This document shows positions 1 through 11,039 of a stretch of DNA of 64,000 nucleotides, piece after piece; within the stretch, counting starts at the first letter, position 1, and every line of letters starts with the position of its first letter. Position numbers and translations under genes: made by a program. The DNA comes from Mobula hypostoma. Lineage: Eukaryota. Location of the stretch: positions 207,206,001 through 207,270,000 of the forward strand of contig NC_086097.1 in assembly GCF_963921235.1 (NCBI RefSeq), given 5' to 3'. Under the pieces are notes generated by a model. It worked only from the letters and a program-made list of their open reading frames with translations. It was not told the DNA's origin and made no database searches.

Positions 1-775
1 CAGATCAAAGGTCAGTGCCACGGCAGGAGATCAGTGTGTCAAGGTTCCACCGTTTGCCACTACCTAGCGTTGGGAACTGTCTTGTCGTGTTCAGCATTTT
101 GTGTAGAGCCCCAGCCCCAAGTCCTGTTCCCAAGGAGGAGTCCTGGCTCTGTGTTCTGTGTATGAGTCCCGGCCCTAAGTCCTGTTCCTAAGGAGGGGTC
201 CCGGCTCTGTGTTCCATTTCCCTGTATTCCTGTCTCTCAAGTCCAAGGCTCCGTGTTCCTGTGCTCTAGACCAAGGCTCTGTGTTCTGTGTTCCTGTTGT
301 CCCAAGTCCAAGGTTCCGAAGTTCCTGTCATTCCAAGTCCAAAGCTCGGCTGTTCCTGAGTACCAAATCAAGGCTTCATGTTCTCGTCCTGTCCATGTGC
401 CTCGTCCTGTGCTGGAGTTCCCTTGTCTTGCTCAGGAGTCTCTCGTTCTGTCCTGTAGCCTCGCCTAGTCCTGTTTCCCAAGACCACGTCATGTCTTCTC
501 CTAGTTTCGGAGTCCAAGCCCGAGTCAAGACCCAGGCTCTGGGTCCTCGTCCAGTCTCTGGCTTGGAGTCCAAGGCCAGACTCCTAGTTCCCAGTTCCAT
601 GTCCTGATCCTGCTTGCCTAGCCAATGTCCTAGCCCAAGTCTGTGTTCTTGTTCCAGCTACTAGTCTGCATCCAGTCACGTCCCTAAATCTAGTCCTGTC
701 CTGTTCCTAGTACTTCAGTGTCTGTGTCTTGCATTTGGGTCCGCTCCCAGCATCCCCCCCCCCCATCTTATGACA
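1..775 (+). mobile_element. 3' portion of a probable LTR (fish Gypsy-type LTR) with internal degenerate CT-rich repeats
   Basis: Ends ...GTGTCTTGCATTTGGGTCC...TGACA (771-775), typical of fish LTR 3' ends. Internal duplication with 58-bp period (114-156 vs 172-214) and many GTCC/CCAAG motifs. The 5' end lies outside the window. Confidence 0.5.
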
Positions 776-835
776 GGGGGCACTCTTCTGTTTACGTGGA
801 TGGTTGTGAAGAAAAAGCATTTCAGGATGTAGATT

Positions 836-1028
836 TCAAAGTTGCTGGTGAACGCAGCAGGCCAGGCAGCATCTCTAGGAAGAGGTACAGTCGACTTAGT
901 CCTGACGAAGGGTCTCGGCCTGAAACATCGACTGTACCTCTTCCTAGAGATGCTGCCTGGCCTGCTGCGTTTACCAGCAACTTTGATGTGTGTTGCTTGA
1001 ATTTCCAGCATCTGCAGAATTCCTCGTG
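836..1028 (+). mobile_element. Fold-back mini-insertion of the Penelope-like pseudo-LTR end, inside a LINE 3' tail
   Basis: Inverted arms 836-894 and 928-986. 15-bp TSD TTCAGGATGTAGATT at 821-835 and 1029-1043. Sequence matches the pLTR of the element at 33024-36624. Confidence 0.9.
897..934 (+). ncRNA. Minimal hammerhead ribozyme motif (CpG-decayed GAAACAUC variant)
   Basis: AGTC-CTGACGA-AGGGTCTCGGCCT-GAAA-CATC-GACT. Confidence 0.6.
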
Positions 1029-1440
1029 TTCAGGATGTAGATTGTATGCATTACTCTGACATTAAATGTACCTTTGAAACATTGGAAACTTATGTGGTAC
1101 ATATTGTCAGCAGTCAAATAGTAGCAAGTGTTACAATTTAAAAGGATGCAAGGATAAAGGTGGTGAGCATTCCAATATTCTGTACATGAATAGAAAAGGT
1201 AAGGACCATTGGGGCACCTCATATCCCTGATGACATTAGGTCAATAGCCAAAAGAAAAGGGCCTATCTTGTGAAGTAGAGGGTGTGACAAACAATTGTTT
1301 GTACATGGCCCAGCACATTTAGTTTACTTGTTGCCCCAGTAAATAAATCTAACCTTGTATTAAAAGGACAACTTGGTGTGAGTGGAAAGTGGAACTCACA
1401 GCAGATTGTGGATTCATTTCTCATTCTTGAGTGATTTGAG

Positions 1441-1498
1441 AGAAACATAGAAAATAGGTGCAGGAGTAGACCATTCGGCCCTTCGAGCCTGCACCGCC
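1441..1498 (-). mobile_element. CR1 LINE 3' tail fragment
   Basis: Reverse complement reads GGTGCAGGCTCGAAGGGCCGAATGGTCTACTCCTGCACC-TATTTTCTATGTTTCT, a CR1-type 3' hairpin plus short repeat tail. Confidence 0.75.
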
Positions 1499-1559
1499 TG
1501 AACCAGACATCAGACTAGCCATGGAGGCCCAGAAATGAATAGAAACAGAAAATTTGTTC

Positions 1560-2720
1560 AGTGACAAGGAAATGAATGGAGCAAACAATTGTAGATGATG
1601 GAAATCTAGTACAGATACAGAAAATGGTGGAAGCATTTGAGGGTTCAAGCTAAGTCAGTTGGGAGAGAAATGAGTTTGACATTCTCAATCATGGACAAGT
1701 ATATGTATAATTGGAGAAATGCGGAGGGCTGAAGAGAAAAGAGGGAATGTCTTAACTAAAGCTGTCAAGGTAACGATTATTTTAAAAGGAATCAACTGGA
1801 GAGAGAGAAGACAAACAAAAAGAAGTTGCAACAGAAGTCTATAGAACATCTGGGGGGAGGGGGGAGGGGGAGAGGGAGAGAGAGGTATTAAATTCAGTAT
1901 TATGTCTGAATGGCTGCACCATGCCCAGACTAAAGATGAGGTGCTGTTCATTGAGTTTCTGTTGAGCATTGTTGGAGAAGTGTCAATGGCCAAACACAGG
2001 CAGATCAAGAAAGGGAATTAACTGTTAGGAGATGGGAAGCTCCAAGTTTCTTTTCTCAGCTGAATAGAGATGTTCTGTAAAGTTATCTCCCAATTTGCAC
2101 TTGGTTTCTCCAAAGTTGTAGAGACCATATCATTAGACTGAATCCAATAGAGCAATCTGGAAGAAATTCAAGGCATCACTGCTTCCACTGAATGGTGGTA
2201 AAAGAAGAGGTAAAAGGTTAGGATTTCATTTTCCAAAGATGAAAAATAAAATTGCTGTGACAAATGGAGTGATTGCTAGATATAGAAAAGTGGTCCAGAA
2301 GGAATGATGCCTTCCAAATCCTGATAAAGGGAGTGAGGGTAAAAAATTTTTGGTGGAGGAATGCATTTTTAAGCTGGTGTAAACTATGGAGGATTTGGAA
2401 CTGAAGATGGTGGCTGGTGGAGTGGAAGGTGAAGACAAGGGAAGCCTTATTCTGACTGGGAGGAGAGGAGATGAGATCATAGGTGCAATCAATAGTGGAG
2501 AATAAGTGAAGAGCACTACTAATTATGGTAGAGAAAAAGCCACAGATGAGGAGAAAAGAAAATATCATAAATGCATTGGTGCATTACAAATGAGATGGTA
2601 AAATTGGAAAGGGAATTGGATCTTTACAGGAAGTAGGTTGGAATGAGGTGCTGTCAAGGTAGCTGTGACAGTTGTGAGGCATATAGTGGACATTGCAGGC
2701 TAACTTACCCTTGTAGATGG
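1560..2720 (-). mobile_element. Old degenerate Penelope-like element fragment (RT C-terminus to GIY-YIG and pLTR)
   Basis: ORF 2218-2568 peptide NKASLVFTFHSTSHHLQFQILHSLHQL aligns with NRVPLVLTYHPTILRVQHIILRNFRHL of the 33450-35048 ORF. An EQHLIF-like remnant lies near 1930-1950. Confidence 0.65.
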
Positions 2721-2904
2721 AGAGTCAGGAAATCATGCAGCATTGAAACGGAACCATCACCTCAACATGGTTATACCGTACCGCTCATCAGGTGAATGAG
2801 AAGACACAGGAGAAAGAGAGAAAATAAATGAGCTGCTGGAGAAACTCAACAGGTCTGGCAGGCAGCATCATTGGAAGAAATAAGAAACAGTCAAAATTTA
2901 TTAC

Positions 2905-3238
2905 CGCTCAACCATCAGGCTCTTGAATCAGTGGGGATAACTTCATTCAGCTTCACTCGCCTCATCACGGAATTGTTCCCATAACCTATGGACTCACTTT
3001 CAAGGATTCTTCATCTCATGTCCTCAATACTTATTGCTTATTTATCTATTTATTAGTATATTTCTTTTTTTTTCTTTTGTATTTACAGCTTGTACATTGG
3101 TTGTTTGTCTGCCCTGTTACGCATGGTTTTTCATTGATTCTATTATGGTCCTTGGATTTATTGAGCATGTCCCAAAAAAAACAGTAAATGGTGACATATA
3201 TGTACTTTGATATATTTACTTTGAATTTTTAACTTTGA
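2905..3238 (+). mobile_element. Rex1/Babar-type LINE 3' end
   Basis: ACCATCAGGCTCTTGAA end-of-ORF motif, T-rich UTR and TTTACTTTGAA/ACTTTGA tail; mirrors the tail at about 47176. Confidence 0.6.
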
Positions 3239-4619
3239 GGTCTGAGGACTTAATCCTTATATGCTCTTCTTCAACTGGTTAAAATCTGAGCTTGTGTGTT
3301 TTGGCTGATGACACTGTTCACCTTTGATGTCTGCTTCACCAAAAAATGGCTCTGAAGATTTGGGAATTGGTCCATGTTTTCCATGCTCACACCATGAACC
3401 TTCCTTGTCAGAGGGTTTAGTGCTGCCATTCAAATGAAATTGGGTAACATTGGCTCTGTAGGGTGGTCACCACAAACTAATCAGTCTCCCGTTGGCACTG
3501 AATATTAGTTCCACAGCTACAAGTTGTTTTTTGTAAGTAAGATATATCACCGAGGAAAAAATGAAGAAAGATTGAGCAATGTGTTGAGGTAATGAAGCTA
3601 CAATATTTCACTGAGAATGGCCCTGTCATAGACCCAGCAGTTAATATCAAGGCTTGAAAACCATGATAGGGGAAGCAGAAGAGGGGACAAATTTCTGCCT
3701 GCAAATAAATTTGAGAAGTGTTTTGTATAGTCCCTTGTGACTGATGGAGTCAAAGACTGTGGTGTGTTGTTAAACTCTGTGGATAGTGACTGGAGCTGAT
3801 TCACACATTTTTCTTGGAGTTTCCATGTAATGATGATCACTTTCCTTAAACTTTTAAAACTGTAATTTTTATATTGCCTCATGCAGTGCTGAAAGATATC
3901 AATGTGGCACAGGAGCTTCATGAAATCCATTCCTGAATCCTTGATGCACCACCATCAGCTGCCTCATATACTCTGTGCCAGTTTTTCCTTCTGGTTTTCA
4001 CATTCCAAGCTCCTTCCTTCTACCACATGCCCATTTCTGCAGGTGAATTGCTTTAGCGCAGCACCATAAGAATAGAATGTGGGTCTTGTTGCCTCTTACA
4101 AAATAACAATGATCCCTTTATCTCTTTTACTCTGCTTTATCTCTGGAAAAAATCTGCAGCACATTCTCATTTAGGAAGCAACCATTAGTTAAGGACCCTT
4201 GTGATGGCTTTCCTTGTGGCAGACAGCAAGAAAATTCCCTGTAATTACCAAACACCAAAGACCATCTTGTCCCCTTTTATAGATTTATGGTGTTATGGAG
4301 TTGTACAACACAGAAAAGTGCAACTTATCTTTAGCATCCAATGCCTTTCTTGAATAAAGTTGAGAATGCAACAAAATGGTACTCACTAAACATGGTGCAT
4401 GTTGCATGTAGGGTCAGGACACTGATAACAGAAACAAAGGAACAGCTTAAGCATTCAAGAGTGGCTTCATGGGGGGCCAACCAAGGGTGCACTTTTCTTT
4501 TTAAAATGTGTTTTTTTACGATCGTAAGATGATACTGTACTCCAAGAACAACAGGTCTACTGCATTAGTTCGTAGTTCAGAGCCACCAGCTGGGATGTCA
4601 AGAATTTGGTGGATGAGTC

Positions 4620-5215
4620 GGAGAAGGAAAAGCCAGCGCTCAGCCAGGAGAAAAGAAGCTGGTGGGCGGCTTGGAGAAGGAGAAGGAGAAGCAGATACTG
4701 AGCTGTGAGAAGGGAGAACCGGTGTTTGGACCAGAGAAGGAGAACGGGCGTTTGGCCCGGAGAGGGAGAACCCCGCACTCAGCTGGGTGAAGGAGAAGCC
4801 AGTGAGCAGCTGGGTTAAGGAGAAGCCAATGGGCAGCTGGGTTAAGGAGAAGCCGGTACTCAGACAAGAGAAGGAGAAGCTGGTACTCAGCTGGGTTAAG
4901 GAGAAGCCAATGGGCAGCTGGGTTAAGGAGAAGCCAGTACTCGGACAAGAGAAGGAGAAGCTGGTACTCAGGTGGAGAAGTAGAAGCAGGCAGACGTTGG
5001 GAGAGGGAGAAGCTGGTACTTGGCTGGGACAAGAAGGAGTCAGCGGGTGGCAGAGTTAAGGAAAAGCTGGTGCTCAGCCAAGAGAAAGAGAAGCCGGCAG
5101 GCAGCTGAGTGAGGGAGAAGCCGGCGCTTGGCCAGTAGATGGAGAAGCCGGCGCTCAGCTTGGAGAAGGGGAAGCCGGAGGTCAGCTGGGAGAAGGAGAA
5201 GCCAGTGGCCATTTG
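4620..5215 (+). repeat. 27-bp GA-rich minisatellite (about GAAGGAGAAGCCGGTGCTCAGCTGGGA) with an 81-bp higher-order duplication
   Basis: 9-aa periodicity in ORF 4787-5059 (KEKPVSSWV KEKPMGSWV KEKPVLRQE KEKLVLSWV KEKPMGSWV KEKPVLGQE). Confidence 0.9.
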
Positions 5216-5639
5216 GGAGAAGGTTCAGAGGAGCTGACCTGGGTGCAGACCGTTGCTGCTGGTTACTCGAAAACATCGGATTTGGTGCATGAAAGCAGCA
5301 TGTAGAGTAACCATGAGTGACTGCCTTATATGTTTTTCTTGTGATCTCAAGACCCTGTTGGACACTGGTGGTGAAACAGGCAACAAGGCAGCAGTGTGGC
5401 CTCAGTCGTAGCGAGGACAAGGCCTCAAGCAGGCTTACCTGCTGCTACAGTGCAGGTGAGATGACACTGGAGGCTGTGCAGCATGGTCTTTGTGCTCAGT
5501 TAGGAACTGGTCTCTCCCATCAGTGCTGCCCTCCAGTGTTCAACTGGCAGAAGAACAGGCTGGATTGCCAGGAGCTGTACCATCAATTTGCACGTCACTC
5601 AGGGACTTGAACTCTACATGTGTTTTTCTTGTGTAGCAA

Positions 5640-5691
<52 letters not shown>
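5640..5691. repeat. (GT)n microsatellite
   Basis: Direct inspection. Confidence 0.97.
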
Positions 5692-5692
<1 letters not shown>

Positions 5693-6554
5693 CTTTTTTC
5701 TTCTCGCTTTCTATTTTGAATGTATGTTACGCACCTGAACCCCGGATTTGACTTTTGTATCCGCGTATGGTCTGAATGATAATTGAACTTTGAACTTGAT
5801 TTGATTTGAACAAGAGGGAGATGCAGGAATGGCTCTACTCTGGATTACAACTGCATATACTGAATTAGATAGAAATGTTTCGCAGCTATGCTGGTTAAGA
5901 AGATCAATTAGAGAGAAAATGCGAGGAATTTGGGTTGCTGCTGTTCAAGAAGTGCCAACAAATGACTAACTTGGTCCACTTGGAGAATATTAAGGAAGGC
6001 ACTGAGGAGTAAGTCAAAGGAGGGAAATATAGAAATAAAGTACTGGTCTCTTGTCTGGGACAGCAACCAATTTGCATGTTCAACTTAATGTGAAAAATTC
6101 AGGTAACATATTCCTGAATGCATATCTGTTATCCAGCTATACAGGCATCCAGTTGTCTTGGTTACTGCACCTGCCTTCATAGACAGTTCAAATAGCTGCA
6201 TGCTTATCTCATTAAACTATCTCACATAATTGCAGGTTAATATATAGGACCCCCCAAACTCCTGTGTTGAGGAGTAAAGCACAAGTCTACAGTATATCTT
6301 GATTCTCCAGCTATTTGCTAGAAATGTTACAGAACAATTGTAGAAAATGGTAGCTCAAAGATTTCCACATAATAACCTATAGCCATGGAAGACAGTACAC
6401 CTGAGATGAGAGAGCAACTATTCACACTGTCCAGGAAGGTAGCTACAGCAATATCCAATGTAATGATTAGCAATATCTAATCCTTGGACATATCTACATC
6501 ACAGTCAATTATGTATTGATAGAATTGCAGATGAAATTTGACAGCTTTATATTT

Positions 6555-6998
6555 TTAGAGAAAATAAGGCTTGAGCTGAGGATGAGATGAGAGCAATGTT
6601 ATATCAAGAGAGCATTGACAGCTTTGGAGATTAGAATAATGTGGACTGATAATCAAAACATATAAGACCATAGTAGGGTAGATATTGAGATGGTTCCAGT
6701 TATGGGAGAGCCACAAGCAAAGAAAATAGATACAAAATAAGGGCTGGTCTTTTAAAACTAAGGTACATGGAACATTTTTTTCGGAGGGTAGTGAATCTCT
6801 GGAATTCTCTGCCACACCCTCCCCCCACAAGGGTGGGAGGGGTAGATCATTAGGTATACTAGAGGTAAGTACAGATAAATATATGAAAGATCAAGGTATT
6901 GGAAGTTTGGGATCAGAAGAGGAGTTGAGGCAATATAGTGAGGCAGACGTAAGGGGATTGGTGACCTATCCTGCTCCTATTTTCTTGTGTTCTTGTGT
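6555..6998 (+). mobile_element. Old degenerate CR1 3' fragment
   Basis: Remnants of the CR1 ORF2 end (GAGGGTAGTGAATCTCTGGAATTCTCTGCC) and tail CCTATCCTGCTCCTATTTTCTTGTGTTCTTGTG. Confidence 0.65.
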
Positions 6999-7284
6999 CT
7001 GAAAGGAGAGCTACGCTGTTACATACAAGACCTTTCTGGGAGCAAGTGGAACAGCAGTTTGGTCAAAGCATCAGAGAAAATACGTAAATTGAAGGGGGTA
7101 GAGGAAATAACAAGGAGGAATAGGACTAATTTCCCTGGGAAATGTCATGGACTCTATGGAGTGAACAGATTCCTTCTGTGTTATCATAAAATAATCCAAA
7201 AGTAAAGTTTGGAAGAGATTACCTTTTTCAAAAAATCTCAAAGGTGACAGAAGTCTGCTGTCCATACAAATAGAAAGAGAAATA

Positions 7285-7640
7285 ACCGTAACCATATAAC
7301 AATTACAGCACGGAAACAGGCCATCTCGGCCCTTCTAGTCTGTGCCGAACTCTTACTCTCACCTAGTCCCACCGACCTGCACTCGGCCCATAACCCTCCA
7401 TTCCTTTCCTGTCCATATATCTATCCAATTTAACTTTAAATGACAACATTGAACCTGCCTCAACCACTTCTGCTGGAAGCTCGTTCCACACAGCCACCAC
7501 TCTCTGAGTAAAGAAGTTCCCCCTCATGTTACCCCTAAACTTTTGCCCTTTAACTCTCAACTCAGGTCCTCTTGTTTGAATCTTCCCCCACTCTCAATGG
7601 AAAAAGCCTATACACGTCAACTCTATCTATCCCCCTCGTA
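7285..7640 (-). mobile_element. 5'-truncated CR1 (ATATGGTT-tail subfamily)
   Basis: ORF 7363-7560 is nearly identical to the C-terminus of 61141-61758 (NFFTQRVVAVWNELP), with the same 3' tail. Confidence 0.92.
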
Positions 7641-8005
7641 ATAAATACTACAAATTCTGGGGAAATGCAACAGATCAGACAGTATCAATGGTAACAGAAT
7701 GGAAGTTAACATTTCAAGCCAATAACCCTTCATCAGAGTTCAAAAAGTGAAAAGGCAAGAATAGTTTGTCCTACATATGGGGAGGAGTGAAGAAACTGAC
7801 AGAATTGATGTGATAGGATGAAAACAAAAGTTGGCAATTGTTTACGTTGCCATCTAAAAAAGACAGCTCATCTGTGGCAATGAACAAATGAAGTAGAGAA
7901 AGAAAATAGGAGAGAAGGGTCTCAGCATGAAATGTCAACTGTTAGTTCATTGTCATAGATGCTAACTGGGCAGCTGAGAACCTCAGCATTTTGTGTGTGC
8001 GTTGC
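7641..8005. mobile_element. Old Penelope pLTR fragments in inverted orientation
   Basis: Minus-strand remnant CTGATGAAGGGTTATTGGCTTGAAATGTTAAC (about 7702-7737) and plus-strand GAAGGGTCTCAGCATGAAATGTCAACTG...CAGCATTTTGTGTGTG (about 7913-8000). Confidence 0.55.
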
Positions 8006-8411
8006 TAGAGAAGGAGACACCGATGCAAGATGGTATTAAGAAGGCAGAATAAAAATAAAGTGGCTTGCAATGTAACCCAAGGTTGTTGTAAATAAACTGA
8101 TAGTATGTTGTAATGTAAAATGTAATTGCTTCTCACTCAAGCAGCTAATCATAACAATTAGTGTCTATGTTAAATTTCTGAGAACAGTTTGATATGTTAA
8201 ATGGTAATGAAGAATATACTATGCAATGTATTTATGTTTAATCAACAATTACTGAGAAAAAAATTAGATCAGATGTGTGTGAATCCTATGACCGGATCCT
8301 GAATTATCCCTTATGGACAATGCCTTTAAAAAGAGAAGGAGAGCTGTACAACATGAACACCTAAGTTGCTGGTGAACTCAGCAGGCCAAGCAGCATCTAT
8401 AGGAAGAGGCG

Positions 8412-8449
8412 CAGTCGACGTTTCAGGCCGAGACCCTTCGTCAGGACTA
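8412..8449 (-). ncRNA. Minimal type I hammerhead ribozyme motif (intact)
   Basis: Mirror image of 8499-8536. Confidence 0.7.
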
Positions 8450-8498
8450 ACTGAAGGAAGAGTGAGTAAGGGAATCCCTTACTCACTCTTCCTTCAGT

Positions 8499-8536
8499 TA
8501 GTCCTGACGAAGGGTCTCGGCCTGAAACGTCGACTG
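8499..8536 (+). ncRNA. Minimal type I hammerhead ribozyme motif (intact; predicted cleavage after C8531)
   Basis: Stem I AGUC/GACU, core CUGACGA (8504-8510), stem II AGG...CCU, GAAA (8524-8527), GUC triplet. The self-complementary ACGU stands in place of stem III. Confidence 0.7.
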
Positions 8537-9409
8537 CGCCTCTTCCTATAGATGCTGCTTGGCCTGCTGCGTTCACCAGCAACTTTGATGTATGTTGCTT
8601 GAATTTCCAGCATCTGCAGAATTCCTGTTGTTAACATGAACACCTTGTTATTAAGAGAGAGAGGTCAAGACTGCTCACAGTTTGTTTGGAATTTCTGCAA
8701 GGGCACTGCCAGCTTCTCAGTTCCTACAGAGAGAGAAGGGAGGAGCTATTTGATGGACAGCTGGTGTTCAGCATGGTGAGAGAACTAGAAGGTCAGCTGG
8801 TAGACAGACAGAGACATGATTTTGGACACTGGATGAGCTTTGTTGTGCCCACAGAAAGGTGGGTTTTTGGAGGATCAATCAGGAGAATTGATCAGTGGCT
8901 CTCACAGTGTGGAAAAGGTGTGACCAGTGGGAAGTTATTAGTGTGTCCAACCCTCGCCCGGGTTGATAACCCCACCACAGAAAGCAATCCCCTTGTTGTG
9001 GTCACATTCGGTGACTTCAAAAGGATTTTGGAGGACAACGGGAAGAATTGATGACATCGGCTTACTCGAACAACCACAACACCTCTCTCTCTCCACCACT
9101 ACTCAACTCAATACCACAAACTGAACTGAACTTTACTCATCATCATAAGACTATATCCATTTACCCCTAGGCTTGATAAAGCTTGTTTTTTATATTCCCA
9201 CACTTACTGCTAACCTGTTTAATAAATCTGAATTTTATTACTGTAATGCATAGTTACTAATAAATACCATTAGTTAATAGCAATACCAGACTCCAAAGTG
9301 TTATCCATTTCTGCTGGTTCTTTAACCCGTCACGGGGTACGTGACAATCCCACCTGAAGAAGTAATCTCATTTATCTTGCAGTAAAAAGTTCTGAGAATA
9401 AAGAGACCA

Positions 9410-9677
9410 AAACTCAATTCCTTCTATGCACGCTTTGAAAGGGAGAACACAACTACAGCTGTGAAGATCCCTGCTGTACCTGATGACCCTGTGGTCTCCG
9501 ATGTTAGGCTGTCTTTAAAGAGGGTGAACCCTCGCAAGGTGAAAGGTCCCAATGGAGCAACTGTCAAGGCTCCAAAAGCATGTGCCAATCAACTAGCGGG
9601 AGTATCTAAGGACATTTTCAACCTCTCACTGCTACTGGTGGAAGTTCCCACTTGCATCAAAAAGACAACAATTGTAC
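9410..9677 (+). mobile_element. Rex1/Babar-type LINE, 5' part of a copy split by CR1
   Basis: KIPAVPDDP...KRVNPRK...DIFNLSL matches ORF 55597-55956; the sequence continues colinearly at 13919. Confidence 0.85.
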
Positions 9678-10000
9678 GGGGCAGTTGAATGGGGCACGAC
9701 TGCACAAGCATGTGAAAGTCAGACTATGAGGCAGCAGCAGAGTTTAAAAGCAAACAGATTGAGGAGGGTTGGTCATTTCTTCGGTAGTTGAATGGCGCAC
9801 GACTGCGCAAGCGCATGAAAGTTGGACCGTGAGGCAGCAGGAGAGTTTAAAAGCGAGCAGGTTAACGGAGCGGGTGACAGAGTAGGAAGGTTTTGGCTCA
9901 AGTGGCTTTGGCGAGCAGAGGCTGAAGGACGAGCTTCACTCCAAGTGAGGTAAGGCCGGGTTGGTTCCTTTAATTAATTTAATTACCTTATGAGAAGATA

Positions 10001-10930
10001 ATGTAGGCAGCAGTTAGGGCAGTTGAGTGCTCCGTTTGCAGTATGTGAGAAGTCAGGGTGAGCACAGTCGTCCCTGATGACTACACCTGTAAAAGGTGCA
10101 TCCAGCTAGAGCTCCTGACAGACCGAGTTAGGGAACTGGAGCTGGAGCTGGATGAACTTCGGATCATTCAGGAGGCAGAGGCATAAATAGACAGGAGTTA
10201 CAGGGAGATAGTCACCCCCAAGAGTCAGGAGACAGGTAGCTGGGTGACCGTCAGGAGAGGGAAGGGGAATAGACAGAATGAGTAGAGCATCCCTGTGGCT
10301 GTTCCCACCAATAATAAGTACATCGTGGGTGGGGACGACCTACCAGGGACAAGTTGCAGTGGTTGCGTCTCTGGCACCAAGACGGGACCCTCAGCTCAGA
10401 AGGGAAGGAGGGAAAAGAGGAGAGCAGTAGTGATAGGGGATTCCATAGTTAGGGGAACAGATAAGAGATTCTGTGGAAGAGATTGAGAATCCCAGATGTC
10501 CTGTTGCCTCCCTGGTGCCAAGGTCTGCGATATCTCCAATCGTGTTCTCGGTATTCTCAAAAGGGAGGGTGAGCAGCCGGATGTCGTGGTCCATGTAGGG
10601 ACCAATGACGTGGGTAGGAAGAGTGAGGAGGTCCTGAAAGGTGAGTTCAGGGAGTTCGGTACCAAGTTAAAGGACAGGACCTCCAGGACAGCAATCCTGA
10701 GATTGCTACCAGTGTCACGTGCAGGCAGGTTTAGAAATAGTAAGATAGCACAGATCAACATGTGGCTGAAGACATGGTGCAGGAGGGGGGACTTCAGACT
10801 TATAGATAATTGGGCAGTTTTCCAGGGAAGGTGGGACCTGTTCCGGCAGGATGGTTTACATCTGAATTGGAGGGGTCAAATATTCTTGCAGGTAGGTTTG
10901 CTAGAGAGGCTCCAGTGGATTTAAACTAGA
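10001..10930 (+). pseudogene. CR1 ORF1: Zn-finger/leucine zipper plus SGNH/GDSL esterase, with stops and frameshifts
   Basis: CSVC...CKRCIQLELLTDRVRELELELDEL; VVIGDSIVRG, VVHVGTND and DGLHLN motifs. Confidence 0.88.
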
Positions 10931-11039
10931 TACAAGGGGTAGGGGAATGAGAATGTAGGAACAGATGTAGGGGAGAAGGAAGAAAAAGGAGATAGTAAAG
11001 TTGTTTGCACCGTTAGTGATAAATAGAGCAAGAGGTGGA

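Larger units (their letters stand above)
8363..8632 (+). mobile_element. Near-perfect palindromic mini-insertion of the Penelope pLTR end
   Basis: Arms 8363-8473 and 8475-8585 (111 bp each, 1-nt spacer, one mismatch seen). 13-bp TSD AACATGAACACCT at 8350-8362 and 8633-8645. Confidence 0.95.
8070..9346 (+). mobile_element. Probable solo LTR (5' boundary uncertain), interrupted by the palindromic Penelope insertion
   Basis: AATAAA signals near 9220 and 9259, terminal ...GTCACGGGGTACGTGACA, no coding similarity. No TSD identified. Confidence 0.4.

Noticed and set aside
209..607. 132-aa Ser/Leu/Pro-rich ORF
   Set aside because: Low-complexity CT-rich LTR-like sequence with no recognisable domain.
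4620..5215. CRISPR-like array or repetitive protein (ORFs 4640-5212 and 4787-5059)
   Set aside because: Contiguous degenerate 27-bp units with no unique spacers and no cas genes, in a vertebrate context. The ORFs are by-products of a unit length divisible by 3.
8366..8582. Twin 61-aa ORFs on opposite strands (MLVNxAGQAASIGRG...)
   Set aside because: Artefact of the palindrome; the same peptide appears in every pLTR copy.
8686..9051. 121-aa ORF within the putative LTR
   Set aside because: Non-ATG start and no recognisable gag or env motif.
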